A stretch of DNA of 64,000 bases. Origin: Hypanus sabinus (lineage: Eukaryota). Both the position numbers and the translations under genes were made by a program. Under the pieces are notes generated by a model that had not been told where the DNA came from, did not search any database, and saw only the letters and a list, made by a program, of their open reading frames with translations. Shown piece by piece: positions 61,402 to 64,000 of the stretch. The first letter of the stretch is position 1. Every line of letters begins with the position of its first letter. The stretch lies in NCBI RefSeq assembly GCF_030144855.1, contig NC_082720.1:56048001-56112000 (forward strand). Reading direction: 5' to 3'.

Positions 61402-64000
61402 ATATTTTATTATTTTTTTATTGAATACAAAAAAAACCCAGAAACACTAGATATATGCTAACAAATACAAGGAATCAAACATAATCAGCAACAATTATAT
61501 AACTATTAACTTTAAATATACAAATAAACAAGAAAATCCACTCTACATACTGTTGGACAGAAGGAACTATATCTGAACGGAGCCACAAAACAGATGCATT
61601 TACAGAAATAACCCGAAACGTTAAGAAATTTGTACAGTCTTCTCAGCTTTTTGGTTATGAGAAGTTTTCAGAGTATTAACGTATAGTTTGAAGTCTGACG
61701 TAAGACATATAAATGAAGGTTTCTTATTGCTGTATTTGCATTTATGGATATACAATTTGCTGTAACGTAGAAAAAGATTCATGGTAAAGAAATGCTACCT
61801 ATGAGATTTGGTATTAATAGTAAACCAAAATAAGACATATTCAAAACGAAAAGTAAAATCTACATTAATATATTGATTTATAACTTGACGAACATCAACC
61901 CAAAACGTTTACCATATTCGCAGTCTCAAAACAGATGAAAAAAATCCTCTGGATATAAACCACAAAAAGAACAGTTAGTTTCAATATCAGAATTAAACCT
62001 TGTCAAATAAACATTGGTTGGATAATATCTATGTATAATTTTAAATGGAATTCCCTTAATTTTATTCCTCAATAAAAATTATTAAATAAGACGTACATGT
62101 CCTCCACCTCAGATTCCTCAAGCGACTATTTTAAAAACTAACAGCCGTAGGAACAGAAGAAATGACTTTTTGAATCAAAATTCTAATACCGTTATTATTT
62201 TTTTAAAGGACGGAGGAAAACAAATCTTTCCTACAGCTGTACTGGATGGATCTAAATTGGGCAATTCAACTACCAAATATGATGTATTGCTAAACTACAT
62301 AACTACACCAGAGGGAACTACACCCAGAACAACAGCAAATTCTTTTGGAGTCACAGGAAAGTCAAAGGTGGATTAAACCTCGGTATAACTCAATAAAGTA
62401 CCACTTGAATTAAATAACTATTTAACTAACAAAATATTGTTATTATCAAACCAATCTTTATGAAACAAAGATTCATTCTTATAAGTTACGTTGTGGTTAT
62501 TCCAAACAAAGTAACTATGAGCAGAAAAATTGTGTTTTTAAAGCAAAAACCAGAATAAAAGCTTTTAGTTATGAAACGGGATAAATGGAGAGGGACTTTG
62601 TTTATTTTGTAATTACATAAAAGAAAAAAAAATATTCAATCCACCAACCTGGGAAAAGACAAAAGAAGGAATGCAATTTCATATAGAAGTAGGATTACTT
62701 AAAATTGTTTAATCCAATTAATTTTAAAAGTATTATTATGCCTGACAAAATCAAGAAAATTTAGTCCCCCCTTCTCATAACTATCCATGACAACAGTTTT
62801 GTTTTATATAATGAACTTTGTTTTTCCATAAAAAGTTAAACAGCATGATGTCTACTAATGTACAGATTTTTATCGATGCATATGGGGAGAGTTATATATA
62901 TAATCCTGGAAAGACCTTCTGCTTTACAAAGCAAAACCGGGCCTTTCAAAATTAAGTCTCTTTGAAGCCACTAGTTTAATCTTTTGCTGGTTATGTCTAT
63001 AAGAGGTTGAAAATTATCCACTCACCTTAAGTATTCGTTATTAAAATAGTTATCCCCAAATATGTAACTTTGTCTTTGCTGGAATATTATTAATTATAGA
63101 TTGACTGCGATCTTGAAGAGGAAGCAATTCACTTTTGTGAATACTTAAACAGAGTCCTGAGGCTTTGGAAAAAAAAAACACAGAAATACAATTTAAAGCC
63201 AATGAGACTTCCGAAACATCATTGAAAAAAGAGTTGTATCATTTGCAACCTGAAGAATCAGTAAATTGGAATTTGCACAGGAAATGCCTTTAAGAGGACT
63301 AGACTTGATGGAATAGGTGAGCAGCTGAGCAGATAAAAGGAATAAATAAAGTGAGATAGGACAACCTGGTCTCACCCCGCTATTCACATCAAACCACTGT
63401 GAAGTCCCCAACATCAACTTTTTGAACTATTAGAGTTTGTGTACAAAGCCTTAACAACCTTACAAAATAAATGACCAATTCCAAATTTACCAACAGCAGT
63501 GAAGATAAACCGATGCTCAATAGTGTGAAAAGCTTCATAGAGATCTAAAAACAGTATAAATCTGTCGTTTTGAACAAGATGAGAATAATCAATAAGATCT
63601 AAGACTAATCTGACATTATTAGAGATATGACGACCCTTCATGAAACCTGACTGTGTTTCATCGATAATAAATGGTAAAACTACTTTCATTGTTAGCAAGG
63701 ATTTGGGACAGAATTTCATATTCACTATTGAGAACGCAAATAGGACGACAACTATCGATAAATAATTTATCTATTCTTTGTTTAGGAATTATAGTAATAA
63801 GACCCTTTATTAAGGAAATGGGAAGAAAGTCTTTATCAATACATTTTAAAAACAATTTTTTTTTAAAAAGCGTGCTAGAGCGTCAGAAAACATCTTATAA
63901 AATTCTGCAGTCAGACCGTCCACAGCCGGCGATTTATTATTTTTCCCAAGGTAATAAGAGCATCACACAGGTTTTTCTGATCATTAGACAGGTTCCTAAG
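61402..64000 (-). mobile_element. Duplicated copy of the L1/Tx1-clade LINE (3' part)
   Basis: Same junction atatatagcatg-atattttatt as 27840; RT remnants in ORFs 63193-63855. Confidence 0.88.

Larger units (their letters stand above)
39945..64000. repeat. Tandem segmental duplication, unit 2 (truncated by window end)
   Basis: Colinear with 1-30444. The offset shifts from 39944 to ~33556 because of unit-specific insertions. Confidence 0.93.

Noticed and set aside
1-64000. tRNA, rRNA or Pcdh constant exons
   Set aside because: None recognisable; the only tRNA-related sequence is the ERV PBS.

Overview
Eukaryotic DNA: part of a clustered protocadherin (Pcdh) array. The repeat families suggest a cartilaginous fish, probably a ray (inference). 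The window is a tandem duplication of a ~40-kb cassette [promoter-PcdhA]-[antisense class I endogenous retrovirus]-[promoter-PcdhB]-[LINEs]. Unit 1 is ~1-39944; unit 2 runs from 39945 past the window end. Three large single-exon Pcdh ORFs are intact (A 2142-4556, B 22431-24818, B' 55992-58373). A' (41973-44993) is disrupted by an in-frame loss of EC1, a nonsense codon, a retroelement insertion and a frameshift, but keeps an intact promoter. All four genes share a ~100-bp promoter module with base-exact spacing. The rest is nested retroelements (ERV, two L1-clade LINEs with TSDs, CR1, Rex1-like, Penelope-like) and two assembly gaps. No wholly new gene family is evident. The best leads are the rigid promoter module, the EC1-less truncated Pcdh behind a live-looking promoter, the apparent lack of splice donors to constant exons, and an ERV with a shortened env whose LTRs point antisense at the Pcdh genes. 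Identity figures are eyeballed, not computed.
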